From an uncultured bacterium (lineage in GTDB: Bacteria; Omnitrophota; Omnitrophia; Omnitrophales; Aquincolibacteriaceae): a stretch of 64,000 nt of DNA. The stretch spans positions 40,518 to 104,517 of the forward strand of contig CAYLPP010000002.1 of the NCBI GenBank assembly GCA_964385615.1, in the 5' to 3' direction. A program made the translations under genes and the position numbers. Below the pieces are notes generated by a model that was not told the DNA's origin, did not search any database, and saw nothing but the letters and a program-made list of their open reading frames with translations. Below are positions 54,901 to 61,798 of this stretch, piece by piece (positions within the stretch are counted from its first letter, which is position 1; every line of letters begins with the position of its first letter).

Positions 54901-55925
54901 TTCAGATCGCCAGAAAAAAAGAAGATTTGCTTTACGGAGAAGTTGAAATCGGGCCTTTTCTGGGAACTCTTTCCGAAGATGGGTCTGCCCGTCTTGATCA
55001 GGGTGATTTGATGCTTGTTTATGAAATTCTGGATGCCCGGAATGTTCTGGATGAAAAAGAAGTAACAGAAGTCGGCCCTGAAATTCTCAGAATCTTCAAA
55101 AATGTTTCTCGTTCTGAGTCTAGGGTTCAAACTGAACCTCTCAAGGTAAATACGCGGTTCCTTACCCCTTCTCTCGAAGCTCAAGGCCGTACGGCTGAAG
55201 ATCTTTTCGCGGTCGCGGAAACTTCAACTCAGCGTGTTTTTGCCCAGCCGGATATTGACCTCGCGGGACCTGATTTTATCCGGGTTCAGTACGGGTGGGA
55301 CGGCGCGCAGACACTGCCCTTGAGCTCTGAAATTAAAACGGCAGGAAAAGTTTCTCAGGGAACTCCTAATACCGCTCAGTACGGAACCGCCCGCACGGTT
55401 GTGCTTCGCGGAGACACGGGAATTACAGTGGAAGACTTGCAGGCTATGGATCTTCAGCCTGGAAGCCGTGTGATTGTCGTGGATGAAATTGGCGGCCCGT
55501 CATTTCTCTGGAACCGTTACGCCAGCATGAAGCTTCCGAATAATGTACGGATTGAACGCCGGAGTGTTCTGGACGCTCTTGCTTATAATGAAATCAAAAA
55601 AGTTTTTGCTGAAAACCCGGCCAGCGTTCCGGTTCTGATTTTACCAGTCGGTACGCCCGATCCTTTGCTGGAGTCTTATCAGACCACGGCTGAACGTAAA
55701 GGTCTCGTGATCGCGTCTCCGCGCACCGCGGATGCCCGCCGTGCTATGGCTTGGGTGGTCCGAATGGAAGCTGATAAACTGCGCCAGCAGATTCCCGACG
55801 GCCTGACTTTCCGTTTCCAGTCTGACGCGCTTTCGCCGACCAGTGTTCAGCCCGGCGCTGAAAACCGGTTCGCTAAAGTCATGCTGGCCGCGGTCAGCAC
55901 CCAGCGTTTCCAGACCGCCGCGTAA
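45966..55925 (+). CDS. giant multidomain protein (3,319 aa): signal peptide, one internal TM, degenerate CofD/YvcK-like region, HAD-IIB phosphatase-like domain, TPR-like helices, otherwise uncharacterised
   Basis: Uninterrupted ORF of about 10 kb. ATG at 45966 with RBS AAAGGTGA 8 nt upstream. N-terminal signal LPLRAVSLTVALLFSVQTLLSAAPA. TM helix LIAGAAVLFLGLGITGGIY near nt 47990-48050. IVFFRRAQSG...IVLSATDDGLG near nt 48990-49110 resembles YvcK/CofD IVVIGGGTG...IVTVADDGGSSG. HAD motifs FDVDMTL (motif I), VSIISGNS (motif II), KNVALEN lysine and FGDEF (motif IV) lie near nt 50590-51450. Confidence 0.75.
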   Translation: MSGNSKSRFSLPLRAVSLTVALLFSVQTLLSAAPAVNPQQKVFQNFQISEELGRVEEAFLPETADSSKALIVHIRDAHAQPEAQRKIQAILNSLAVNKKIELVAAEAAFGPIDASVLKLLPDDKSNRAMAEDMADSGEVNGVELFALQNDHGIELRGVEDPELYRQSLQIFASLKKSKQSIKDVLSAYRTAVESLEARLLNPELQQYLIKKRSWEQNHDISLDYFRYLQTLARKKLNLDLSGAGFQFEWPQMVRLIKTAEMDSALDRERAVSETLQLAETFEKSAGLGRDYIAPGLRQLVSRDSNGDFRLWMLQHPAAGVQSIRHFYEALWRESKKQKISLLQYPEFLALGGSLILRDEIDAPALFSEAEKLERLIEKEIVRTEEEKKLFAISSDLALAGRLLSLELTRADYPMYLQRAGEFEPEVFRRRVQDFSGRKQKLPLLSGDLLEKASEFYRLSVLRDQTLIEKTLAAASGRPAALVAGGFHSEGLLEILKAKNIPYISITPKINNLADESLYEKAMIGSGNPAFAQLSVNTLGVQFLAQPARVYQKVSGSPSQTARLLRGLLVSGVRAMSSERRGSLEIYQTVTDAISSHPDIFGNNARVILREQVPVQLRAGKTAVDVLYLDIPSLGLKKELTLRNGRMFEVSPLVRFSDEQPAENVQARSETRISRKKLIAGAAVLFLGLGITGGIYEFNRRAEIARQEAIDASRIRYFKIDVPVRYTPNYDRPQTYSTAELQKIQKETIVKVSAVLGVNFDSGQKAHVKALADFYGLTHTGTVSPVMTDGDVEWWVKFSSNRRKISHWTQDQENEALVLQFFWRWQTREVMEHYGVVSKHQGDISAISEASDAARSLEPAVDALFIKATRNHQEIPAFIRDRKLRSEARVTRSPEELYVISEIVRLVSVLDSKGLRAKIHGRNLLEFGSHGEALVSFIQRYSVLKNLDDIRRVLAWRLDLESKSGLPLNGMDASKSAEKTRLIYESIFDPAAFLKHWAERKPNEPHPLNIVFFRRAQSGAEITNLLKSLPNVNVQIVLSATDDGLGWYEAARQFRATGVPGAGKALLDLAQDFHAKDFLAFRLSGKGKGDDEFTRDFTALVLKLHAPHDANLVLSDEMKIIFQKAMRMNIEKRRAMADYLETFLEEVQRRHRENADFTFRLKNIPLRSLVLLGASLKFKSDGELTDYWQKALDATAVLLDVKAGNRVIFPTRERQHLLAVREDGTVYFSETGVNRYGYEPPFLGYTTDSSFLGLWLVSETVDEAFIESIKSKLSAEGIELGDIPEAALPAEISRENRREVIATTKKVQPDQAARVAQLFSEMSTTAVSADSVNRVPVSLEADAAIRSADVVFYTTAAFETNVGAALIVPGVEDAIKQNRKAVKIALAEINGGNEKNLPLLALKNIERYLSHSPMGDLTHVQDHADFVLAGLLGSQDPNKAVPYLIETEQAAGGLVSAVALDARTDETHGFYSSPVLSEAMIALVGLKAADFRVSDSGGLMPDAKAVDSVSRENNQAGLFRKKKPVAALIREIKTNFPRIVKEGAFAFDVDMTLLPKNSDELTDYPELAYLLMRMLREGVTVSIISGNSFEEQGARILEAIKREMKDDFSALDNLVFYVSGGATRFNINKNGEVVPDAEYNRSHELNLDILKSGVNQALRELAAKNFGLNPDQLAAFISETQKKNGSHVTFPWKDGGVWEPEWLTPAEVKARKEKKQPLAFPWVEVRGDFITPGSIVASITVKPMQVFEYEGNKIDLRDEFQAHLRTLMFENQGSFVIRSGGTSSTDITTSTANKNVALENLIASRGLDAKWVFYFGDEFYQRQVAVSSGTVTQLGNDEAIALDPNLSAFRTLAVNSTDMKGASAKTIWIGRSPQATLEFLESVVINPAEISKRSEVRINFSRDDQAPQEFSAEVGIEGSSKAVYAEKDPESRAVYVWVKEKGTQGGVSQALLLPDLAGNDVSAVDAARTLADYLAGWVKAGTIKGDARLQLYLIPLLMTLDSRHPAPAPGTVIYLSLTKVKEATAKMRSEARAESKESTENFPPAFDSFIWPQLPQEVSPFWNPSAADVTFVNNGEFKAVLVIPAAVTVKLKTGGNTGPTLVTIIEASLRNAGYAPEDYQIKIERKVDHKVEIYFKKLLGSSRSEARMVTANDGWLDSDEKTRLMNGFFQNSKIDPAWHFITGVDNMQVVATLHEPDRPAGPVEADPRFFWPHVSSALWTLQWLANNKNEFLKDRGDAALLTSLEDWLTGWKQILLRVISNEGERDNAPQFQKGILEAYLYLLDTPEEIRQRVDWFGDVLEVTNGIVSDIFEGSVSMGAFVAPNAALSMPDAAYFYRWVVRGKVDLQVSDNLIADVPVNVARLAEATKKRADQLKIALLIRPRHFAVIEELIKAGIQIPESDKARYDAILAIGDEAVQKAEKLKFFGGLEKQSKEKGYLVWGNIVLAADGDMMPAFAVMTEDLDAVIAAGGPNEVLLGAMIAKIFNGSFKGRLVPADALKEENRTANITTAKWNSAERQKLLEHNLFPPDVTANERLAILKEVAENPYALNKNLTEAQRHVDYVWTQDEAVPGNDGVFYAATAKMSPVGSPWVKALKGIEFDAASGNVSVYQIRAGLSGDVRVFRVIFKTVIAGLRDQIHAIEFGSEYDARASRVFQESESEKLYDLYYALGRALFRFRQYEEAFTAFEEARRNASGNPGRLAKIEAVIAHYAGLQTLVREKDSPNEKALPYFIEASKTDHQDLEGSAGSRVLAQLLLKFLAEKIEKELKKNFDSEAKDKALGFLQQRTLIAPETADENREIRDRISNITAKSEVRSVVQVQTVELPKATEPLEIFRKLPGLENAGVSEAQDFIRKYHLRATVQYEGGSELELDDLDRSLEKNWKIGGDRKAAVRLRYYPFPQDKQTLRNAIASLAGVLVYALEKDYPDQEIEAYKIARVPTDEEPVTVQELKTFLDNLSVNLIYKPENTDLDQSEGWYFQIARKKEDLLYGEVEIGPFLGTLSEDGSARLDQGDLMLVYEILDARNVLDEKEVTEVGPEILRIFKNVSRSESRVQTEPLKVNTRFLTPSLEAQGRTAEDLFAVAETSTQRVFAQPDIDLAGPDFIRVQYGWDGAQTLPLSSEIKTAGKVSQGTPNTAQYGTARTVVLRGDTGITVEDLQAMDLQPGSRVIVVDEIGGPSFLWNRYASMKLPNNVRIERRSVLDALAYNEIKKVFAENPASVPVLILPVGTPDPLLESYQTTAERKGLVIASPRTADARRAMAWVVRMEADKLRQQIPDGLTFRFQSDALSPTSVQPGAENRFAKVMLAAVSTQRFQTAA

Positions 55926-55974
55926 TCCGCATTTTCTTGACAGGCTTTCGGCGGTTTGGCTACACTGCCATCCT

Positions 55975-56706
55975 ATGCCCGCGCGACAGATTCTTGTTTT
56001 GGATAAAAAGGAAAGCCAGTGGCCCGCGTTTCTAAGCGAATGCTTTGAAGAAACGCCGTCAAAGGTTCATATTTTTGACAACCCTTCGCAGGCCGCTTTA
56101 TGGACCACTCAGAATAAAGCCGATTTTTGTTTTGTCCGGCCTGAACTTCTTTCCATGAGTCTTGCCCAGAAGCTCAAGTTCCTTCGTGAAAGCGTTAAAT
56201 CCTTCCGCTTGTTCGGTCTTGATTCCATGAATAAATCTCTGCCATTCGATGACTTTGTCGATGGGTACACCTCCACGGTCAGCGCGTTTCAGCGCAAACT
56301 TTCCCAGCATTTGGAATTTTCTGAAAAGATCCAAGTTTTGATTGTGGATGATGAGCAGGATATCGGGCACATGATTCAGGACTTTTTGCTCGACCGCGCC
56401 CACCCGTCGTTTCTGGCGGATTACACTGATGACGGGCATAAGGCGCTGGAGTGGCTTGCAAAGAAAAGGTATGACGTGGTTGTGCTGGACGTGAAAATGC
56501 CGATCCTGGACGGACGGGAAATTTACCGGGGAATCGTCGAGAAAAAGATTAAAACCGCGGTGATCGTTTTTTTTGACGCCATTTCCGGCGATGAAATTTC
56601 CGACATTCACAAGATTGGCCGTCCGGCCATTGTGGATAAAGGTTCGAGTCAAAGCAGTATGCCTGAAATGCTGGCGCTGATTAAAAAAATGGCCTACTTC
56701 GGATGA
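55975..56706 (+). CDS. response regulator with a degenerate N-terminal pseudo-receiver and a canonical C-terminal receiver domain, no output domain
   Basis: The second half has IQVLIVDDEQDIG, phospho-acceptor context VVVLDVKMPILDG and downstream T/K positions. The first ~110 aa are REC-like in length and hydrophobic pattern but lack the acidic pocket. First ATG is at 55975; the supplied ORF start at 55843 overlaps the giant gene. Confidence 0.55.
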   Translation: MPARQILVLDKKESQWPAFLSECFEETPSKVHIFDNPSQAALWTTQNKADFCFVRPELLSMSLAQKLKFLRESVKSFRLFGLDSMNKSLPFDDFVDGYTSTVSAFQRKLSQHLEFSEKIQVLIVDDEQDIGHMIQDFLLDRAHPSFLADYTDDGHKALEWLAKKRYDVVVLDVKMPILDGREIYRGIVEKKIKTAVIVFFDAISGDEISDIHKIGRPAIVDKGSSQSSMPEMLALIKKMAYFG

Positions 56707-57791
56707 ACCGCCGGATCGGAGTTTTCTTTTTTCTTGTTTTGTTTTCCGGATGCGCGTTCGCGGTGCGCTGGCCGGCCTTCGCGGTTAAAAGCAATAAATC
56801 AGAAAAAGTTTTCCGCGGTGTTTTTCACGTCCACTCCTTTTATTCTCATGATTCCAAAGCGGACTTTTCTGACTTGATTGAAACGGCCCGCAAGGCCAAC
56901 TTAGACTTTGTTGTTGTTACGGACCACAACAACACGCTGGCCAAGGAAGCGTATGACCGGAGCAGTCTTCCGCGCGATCCGCTTCTGGTTTTCGGGAATG
57001 AAGTTTCTTCCAGCGAAGGGCATATCATCATGCTGGGGGTTTATGAAGAACCGCCTCCGGACAGGGAATCCGGCCAGGAGGTCATTGACTGGGCGCATGA
57101 AAAAGGCGGTTATGCCATTATTCCGCACCCCTTCAGTCCGAAAAGCGACTGGGACAATTGGAATGTTCAGAACTTTGACGGCATTGAGATCTACAATTTC
57201 TTTCACTCTATCTATGACAGTTCGCTGATTGAATTCGGGCTGGAGTTCGCTTTTCTTCCTCCGCATTATTTTTTAAAGGCTCTCGACCGGCCGATGGCGA
57301 AGACCCTGCCTCTTTGGGATGAACGGCTCGAAAAAGGCCGGCTGGCCGGACTTGGCGGTACGGATGCTCACACTCATTTTAAATTTGGAAATTTTTCTCC
57401 CGAAAATCTTCTGCTGTCCTATCAGGCCGTCAACGTTTTCGCGCTGGCGGATTCTTTGGAACCGGAAAAAATTGTTGAAGCCTTGGGTAAAGGGCGGAGC
57501 TTTACGGCTTTTGAGACTGAAGGGGATGCTGGGCAATTTTCTTTCACCGCGGAAGCGGGCGGGAACAAATACCGGATGGGGGACACGATTCCCGTCGGCA
57601 GTGAAATCACTTTCAGAATACAGACGCCTTTGCCGGCTCGTATCCTTTTGATTCATCACGGAAATGTTATCCTTGAACATGAGGGTGTTGAAGCGGTTTT
57701 TAAAACCGGGGAGGCCGGCGCTTACCGTGTGGAAGTTCAGAAAAACTCGAAACCTTGGATTATGGCGAACCCTATTTATGCGGAGGGCTAA
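56703..57791 (+). CDS. PHP-domain metal-dependent phosphoesterase, predicted lipoprotein
   Basis: PHP motif FHVHSFYSHDSKADFSDLIETARKANLDFVVVTDHN plus later His/Asp clusters (HIIMLG, IIPHPF, GGTDAHTH). N-terminal signal with a lipobox-like LFSGC. Overlaps the upstream stop as ATGA. Confidence 0.7.
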   Translation: MNRRIGVFFFLVLFSGCAFAVRWPAFAVKSNKSEKVFRGVFHVHSFYSHDSKADFSDLIETARKANLDFVVVTDHNNTLAKEAYDRSSLPRDPLLVFGNEVSSSEGHIIMLGVYEEPPPDRESGQEVIDWAHEKGGYAIIPHPFSPKSDWDNWNVQNFDGIEIYNFFHSIYDSSLIEFGLEFAFLPPHYFLKALDRPMAKTLPLWDERLEKGRLAGLGGTDAHTHFKFGNFSPENLLLSYQAVNVFALADSLEPEKIVEALGKGRSFTAFETEGDAGQFSFTAEAGGNKYRMGDTIPVGSEITFRIQTPLPARILLIHHGNVILEHEGVEAVFKTGEAGAYRVEVQKNSKPWIMANPIYAEG

Positions 57792-58824
57792 AGCCCTTCT
57801 TATTTTTTTACCCGTCTTTTTTTTCTCCGGGTGCACAGCCTGGCAGCCTTTTTCTCAAAAAGAACCCGCTTCGAAACCTTCTTTTTACGAGCACTACTAC
57901 GATTATCCCGCGCCGGATCTGAACGCTAAAATTATCCGTGAACAAGTAACAAAGCATTACCTTCTGCGGACGGTGGAGTTCCCGCTGAATCTTCCCAGCG
58001 GGCTCGAAGTGAAAAATCTCCCCGAATTCCGCCGGCGGAATGAAGAGCTTTTCAAGACCGATCAAAAAACCGCGAATGATGCCGCGCTTCGCTACACCGT
58101 GCGGATTGATTATTACCTTCCCAGAAACCTCAAGCCCGGCGAGAAACGGCCGGCGGTTTTGATTTCTCCCATTTTGGGCGGGAATATGGTGGTGGATCAT
58201 TTCGCGCGGTATTACGCGGGCCGAGGGTTTGCCGCGGCGATTGTTTACCGTAAACGCCTTTTCTGGGAAGAAGGCAATGATGACATCCGGCAATTTGAAG
58301 ATTATATGCGCGTGTCTGTCATCCGTCTTCGCGAAGCGCTGGACTGGCTCGAAGTTCAGCCGGAGGTAGACGCTTCACGAATCGGAAGTTTTGGTGTCAG
58401 CTACGGGGCGATTTTACACACCATCCTGGCGGCAGTTGAACCCCGCATTCGTTATCACGTGCTGGCCATGCCCGCGGGACCGATCTCTGAAGTGATCGCG
58501 CATTGCCCCGATAAGGCCGTGACCAAACTCATGACTTACGCGCGGGAGCATTACGGCTGGTCCGCTGAGAAAGTGGAAAAGGATTTGAGTGGAGTCATCA
58601 AAACCGATCCGCTTCTGCTGGCTCCGCAGGTACCTCGCGAAAAAGTGGAAGTCTATGCGGCTCTCTTTGACCGGGTGGTGGGAGCGGGGCGGTCCTTTCG
58701 AGTTTGGCGAGCGCTGGGCAAACCTAAATTGAGGGTCATGCCTTTCGGTCATTACGGCGGGATTTCCGTGTTTCCTCTGCTTCAAACCCAGTCTTATCTG
58801 GCGCTTAAAAAGCATCTGAAGTAA
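57778..58824 (+). CDS. alpha/beta-hydrolase (GXSXG esterase/dienelactone-hydrolase-like), predicted lipoprotein
   Basis: Signal peptide MRRAKALLIFLPVFFFSGC with a lipobox-like FSGC. Nucleophile elbow GVSYG. A late Asp and the PFGHYGG histidine fit an alpha/beta hydrolase triad. The start overlaps the PHP gene end by 14 nt. Confidence 0.6.
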   Translation: MRRAKALLIFLPVFFFSGCTAWQPFSQKEPASKPSFYEHYYDYPAPDLNAKIIREQVTKHYLLRTVEFPLNLPSGLEVKNLPEFRRRNEELFKTDQKTANDAALRYTVRIDYYLPRNLKPGEKRPAVLISPILGGNMVVDHFARYYAGRGFAAAIVYRKRLFWEEGNDDIRQFEDYMRVSVIRLREALDWLEVQPEVDASRIGSFGVSYGAILHTILAAVEPRIRYHVLAMPAGPISEVIAHCPDKAVTKLMTYAREHYGWSAEKVEKDLSGVIKTDPLLLAPQVPREKVEVYAALFDRVVGAGRSFRVWRALGKPKLRVMPFGHYGGISVFPLLQTQSYLALKKHLK

Positions 58825-61230
58825 TTATTTTTTTAAGTTTTCGAAATCAAAATGATGATACTCACTGTCTGCCGCTCTCGAACCGTCGTCGGCGTTGGCA
58901 ATCCAGAATTCCGGAAAAGCAAAAACCGCGCTTTGAATATTTGATCCCGGAGCCAGTTCTTTGGCGAATTCCATGACGGTTTTCGGGGTGATTTCTCCGT
59001 AGTATTTCTCGGCAAGCCGGCCGTGCTTCTGATAACGGATTTCAAACGCGCTTCCGGTGGGCGGTTCCAGGCCGGGCTGGTCAGGTTTGCCTCCGGAAGC
59101 TATTTGAAGATTCCGGATTTCAGGATCGAGCGCGGGATCTCCCCGGAACACCGCGCAGGGCACTCGAAGCGCGTAGCCCGCTTTTTCATTCGGGTCATTG
59201 TCGCCGAAGACCGCGAAATGAGAATGCGTGGTTTCAAAAACGAAAGCTTTTCTTTCTTCCGCGCTTGCCGCGACGTAATTATAACCGCGTGTGCGTGCCG
59301 CGGTTTCAAAGATTGTTTTTGCCGATTCAAGATTTGAAGCGTTCTCCAACGCCTCCTTAATTAAAAACGGCATAGGTGTTCCTTCCAGGGATTCATCTTT
59401 CGAAACCGCGCCGATCTGCCCTAGAGAAATTCCCGCGTCATTCATGCCGGAAAGAACTCCGGAGAAACCCGCGTATCCAAGATTGACGTAAGCTTGCCTG
59501 CCTGGCTTTTCAATGAATTTAACTGCGGCATCGCGGTGAATGCCGATTCCGCGGTTCCAGTCCAGGTTACGCAGAGCAATCATCCGGCCGTCTTTTGTCG
59601 CCTTGCCCCAGTAAGCGCCGTTAGTGCACCAGGAAGGATAAACTTCGGGAAGCGCGTGAAGGCGTTCCATCGTTTTCAGCGGAATACCGGCACCGTCGGC
59701 CAGGCCTTTGATTTGCAAAAAGTCCTCATAAGAAATAAACGGCTCCATTTTTTTCCAGGCGCGGTCCATGGAAAAGTGGATCAGCCATTTTCCGGCCAGG
59801 GGAACGGGCAATTGCTTTTTCAGGTAAGTCTCAATGCCTTCGGAAGCTGAATGGATTTCTTTTTTAAGAAGCCGGCCTTCTTCATAGCCAATGTGATAGG
59901 CATCGCCCCGGAGTTTGATGACGGGCAGACCCTGGTCATAGCTTAAAGAGCCTTCTGGCCGGAGTTGTTTTTTTTCCGTTTCGGTCAGAAGTTGTTCGGT
60001 TTGTTCGATGGCGGTTTCCTGCGTCCACCGGCTCATGCCGGGCCCGTAAAAACTGACCCGGGCCTCGTATTGACCGCGGTCGCGGTAGTAACGGGGCGAA
60101 ACAACATAGGCGATGTAATCGTTGGCGTATCCGGCAATCAGAGGAGTCAACCCCCGGGCCCGAAGGTGATTTTCAATTTCATGGCCGGGCCCTGAAGTCA
60201 GTTCTCCAGGAAAAGCGAAGATGAGAAAATTACCCATTCGAAGGGATTGAAAATAACTTTCACGCGCGAAGACACGCCCGCCCAGCCAGGAAGGTGTCCG
60301 CATTTTTCCGAGCCGGGCTTTAACCGGCGGGAGTTTTTTCTTTTCGAGAACACTTTGCCAGAGTCCGTCGACAGACGCCGGATGAAAAGAAGCTTTTTCG
60401 AATCGCTCGAGAAGCTGACGGCCGTAAGCCAGCATTTTTTCGTGACGGTCCTCAAGAGAAGGCGCGCGCGGTCTGAGATCACCGGCCGCGCCGTTGATCA
60501 GCAGCGCGGTTGATCCGGGAAACTGTTTTTCAACGCCGGAACATAAAACTCCGGGAAAATCGGCTGAGAATTTCAGATTTCCCGCCGAAAGCAGGGTGGG
60601 GTGAGCCGCTATGAAGATTAAATGCCCCGTCACTTCGCCTTGTTTTGTTTTGAAGCGGAGAATCCGCATTTTCCGGGATTCTTTGAGCGCGGGGTCCATT
60701 CTGTTTTCAACCAAGTCATCAATTTGAATTTCCGCGCTTTCTGTTTCCGCCGGACTCAAGTTCCGCAGGCTTTCAACCGCGGAGTCCGCGATTTTCTGAG
60801 ACAGCTGTTTAAAAACGTCCGCCCGTTTTTTACCGAGAATGAATTTTTCCCAGAACCGGCTCCCGTAAGCGCCGGCGCCTGAATGGCTGTGTGTCGCGGC
60901 CAGCATCAGCTGACGGTCTTTGAGAGGAAATTTTTTTCTTATCTGAAGAAGAACTTCTTCGCGCAATTCCGCGTCCACAAGAACTTGGTCAGCTGAAATA
61001 AAGACGAATGTTTCTTCGCCGTTCCGCAGGGCCAGCGCGCGGGCGTAAAGGGGGTCGAGAATTCCTTCGGAAGAATGGCCGTGACGTTTGCCGTATCCGC
61101 CCAACGGTGTTCCTATGGGCGGAGTGATTTCCTGCTTTCCGGATCCGGCCTCGATATTTTGCGCTCGAACGGGCTGAACGAATCCTGAAACTGCGCAAAT
61201 CCAAAGGAGAAAAAAGAAGGTTCGTTTCAT
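58825..61230 (-). CDS. secreted fusion protein: neutral/alkaline ceramidase-like N-terminal domain plus C-terminal Ntn-hydrolase (peptidase C45 / acyl-CoA:6-APA acyltransferase-like) domain
   Basis: Signal peptide MKRTFFFLLWICAVSGFVQPVRA with RBS GAGGGAAG. ITPPIGTPLGGYGKRHGHSSEGILDPLYARALAL and AATHSHSGAG match the neutral ceramidase N-terminal core. The C-terminal SWCTNGAYWGKATKDGRMIALRNLDW...GMNDAGISLG resembles the C45/AAT Ntn-hydrolase nucleophile-Cys region. Start taken at the internal ATG at 61230 rather than 61254. Confidence 0.6.
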   Translation of the reverse strand: MKRTFFFLLWICAVSGFVQPVRAQNIEAGSGKQEITPPIGTPLGGYGKRHGHSSEGILDPLYARALALRNGEETFVFISADQVLVDAELREEVLLQIRKKFPLKDRQLMLAATHSHSGAGAYGSRFWEKFILGKKRADVFKQLSQKIADSAVESLRNLSPAETESAEIQIDDLVENRMDPALKESRKMRILRFKTKQGEVTGHLIFIAAHPTLLSAGNLKFSADFPGVLCSGVEKQFPGSTALLINGAAGDLRPRAPSLEDRHEKMLAYGRQLLERFEKASFHPASVDGLWQSVLEKKKLPPVKARLGKMRTPSWLGGRVFARESYFQSLRMGNFLIFAFPGELTSGPGHEIENHLRARGLTPLIAGYANDYIAYVVSPRYYRDRGQYEARVSFYGPGMSRWTQETAIEQTEQLLTETEKKQLRPEGSLSYDQGLPVIKLRGDAYHIGYEEGRLLKKEIHSASEGIETYLKKQLPVPLAGKWLIHFSMDRAWKKMEPFISYEDFLQIKGLADGAGIPLKTMERLHALPEVYPSWCTNGAYWGKATKDGRMIALRNLDWNRGIGIHRDAAVKFIEKPGRQAYVNLGYAGFSGVLSGMNDAGISLGQIGAVSKDESLEGTPMPFLIKEALENASNLESAKTIFETAARTRGYNYVAASAEERKAFVFETTHSHFAVFGDNDPNEKAGYALRVPCAVFRGDPALDPEIRNLQIASGGKPDQPGLEPPTGSAFEIRYQKHGRLAEKYYGEITPKTVMEFAKELAPGSNIQSAVFAFPEFWIANADDGSRAADSEYHHFDFENLKK

Positions 61231-61323
61231 GGCTTCCCTCTGAAAGTATGCCATAATTTAAACAAACGCTTAAGGTTCTTCCGGGTCGCACCGAAACACC
61301 CCATAGAGAAAAGGCGGGAGATT

Positions 61324-61686
61324 ATGGCTAAAAAAATTCTTCTGGTTGATGACGAAATCGAGATTCGCGGTTTCATGCAGGACTATTTTGAAGACCGCGA
61401 ATTCCAAGTCTCTATCGCTTCTGACGGCGCCGAGGGCCTGGCCCTTTTTGAGAAAGATCAGTTTGACCTGATTGTCTGCGATATGCTGATGCCGAAAATG
61501 ATCGGGATTGAATTTCTCAGGCGGGTGAAAGAGAAAAAGCCCGATCAGCGGGTCATTATGATGACCGGTGTTAAGGAAGAATCCATGATGGAAAAGGCCA
61601 AGGCTTTGGGCTGTCTCCATTATTTGACCAAGCCGGTGAAGCTTTCCGATATCGAAGCCCGCGTTAACGAGTGTTTCGCATCTTAG
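61324..61686 (+). CDS. single-domain response regulator (CheY-like receiver)
   Basis: KILLVDDE, phospho-acceptor LIVCDMLMPKM, downstream T (MMTG) and K (LTKP) positions. 120 aa. Confidence 0.8.
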   Translation: MAKKILLVDDEIEIRGFMQDYFEDREFQVSIASDGAEGLALFEKDQFDLIVCDMLMPKMIGIEFLRRVKEKKPDQRVIMMTGVKEESMMEKAKALGCLHYLTKPVKLSDIEARVNECFAS

Positions 61687-61798
61687 CAGGTTGGCATCGG
61701 TGTACTAGACAGGACACGGTTTCATTAGCCGTGCCTGGCTGTACCAATGCGTTGGCATTGGTAAAAAAAACTACGAACTCCAGCCTTGTTATCGTAAA

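Noticed and set aside
55843-55974. N-terminal extension of the two-receiver regulator ORF overlapping the last 83 nt of the giant gene
   Set aside because: The extension starts at a non-ATG codon in the supplied track. The first ATG (55975) lies after the giant gene's stop, and a TTGACA-18-TACACT promoter-like element sits in between.
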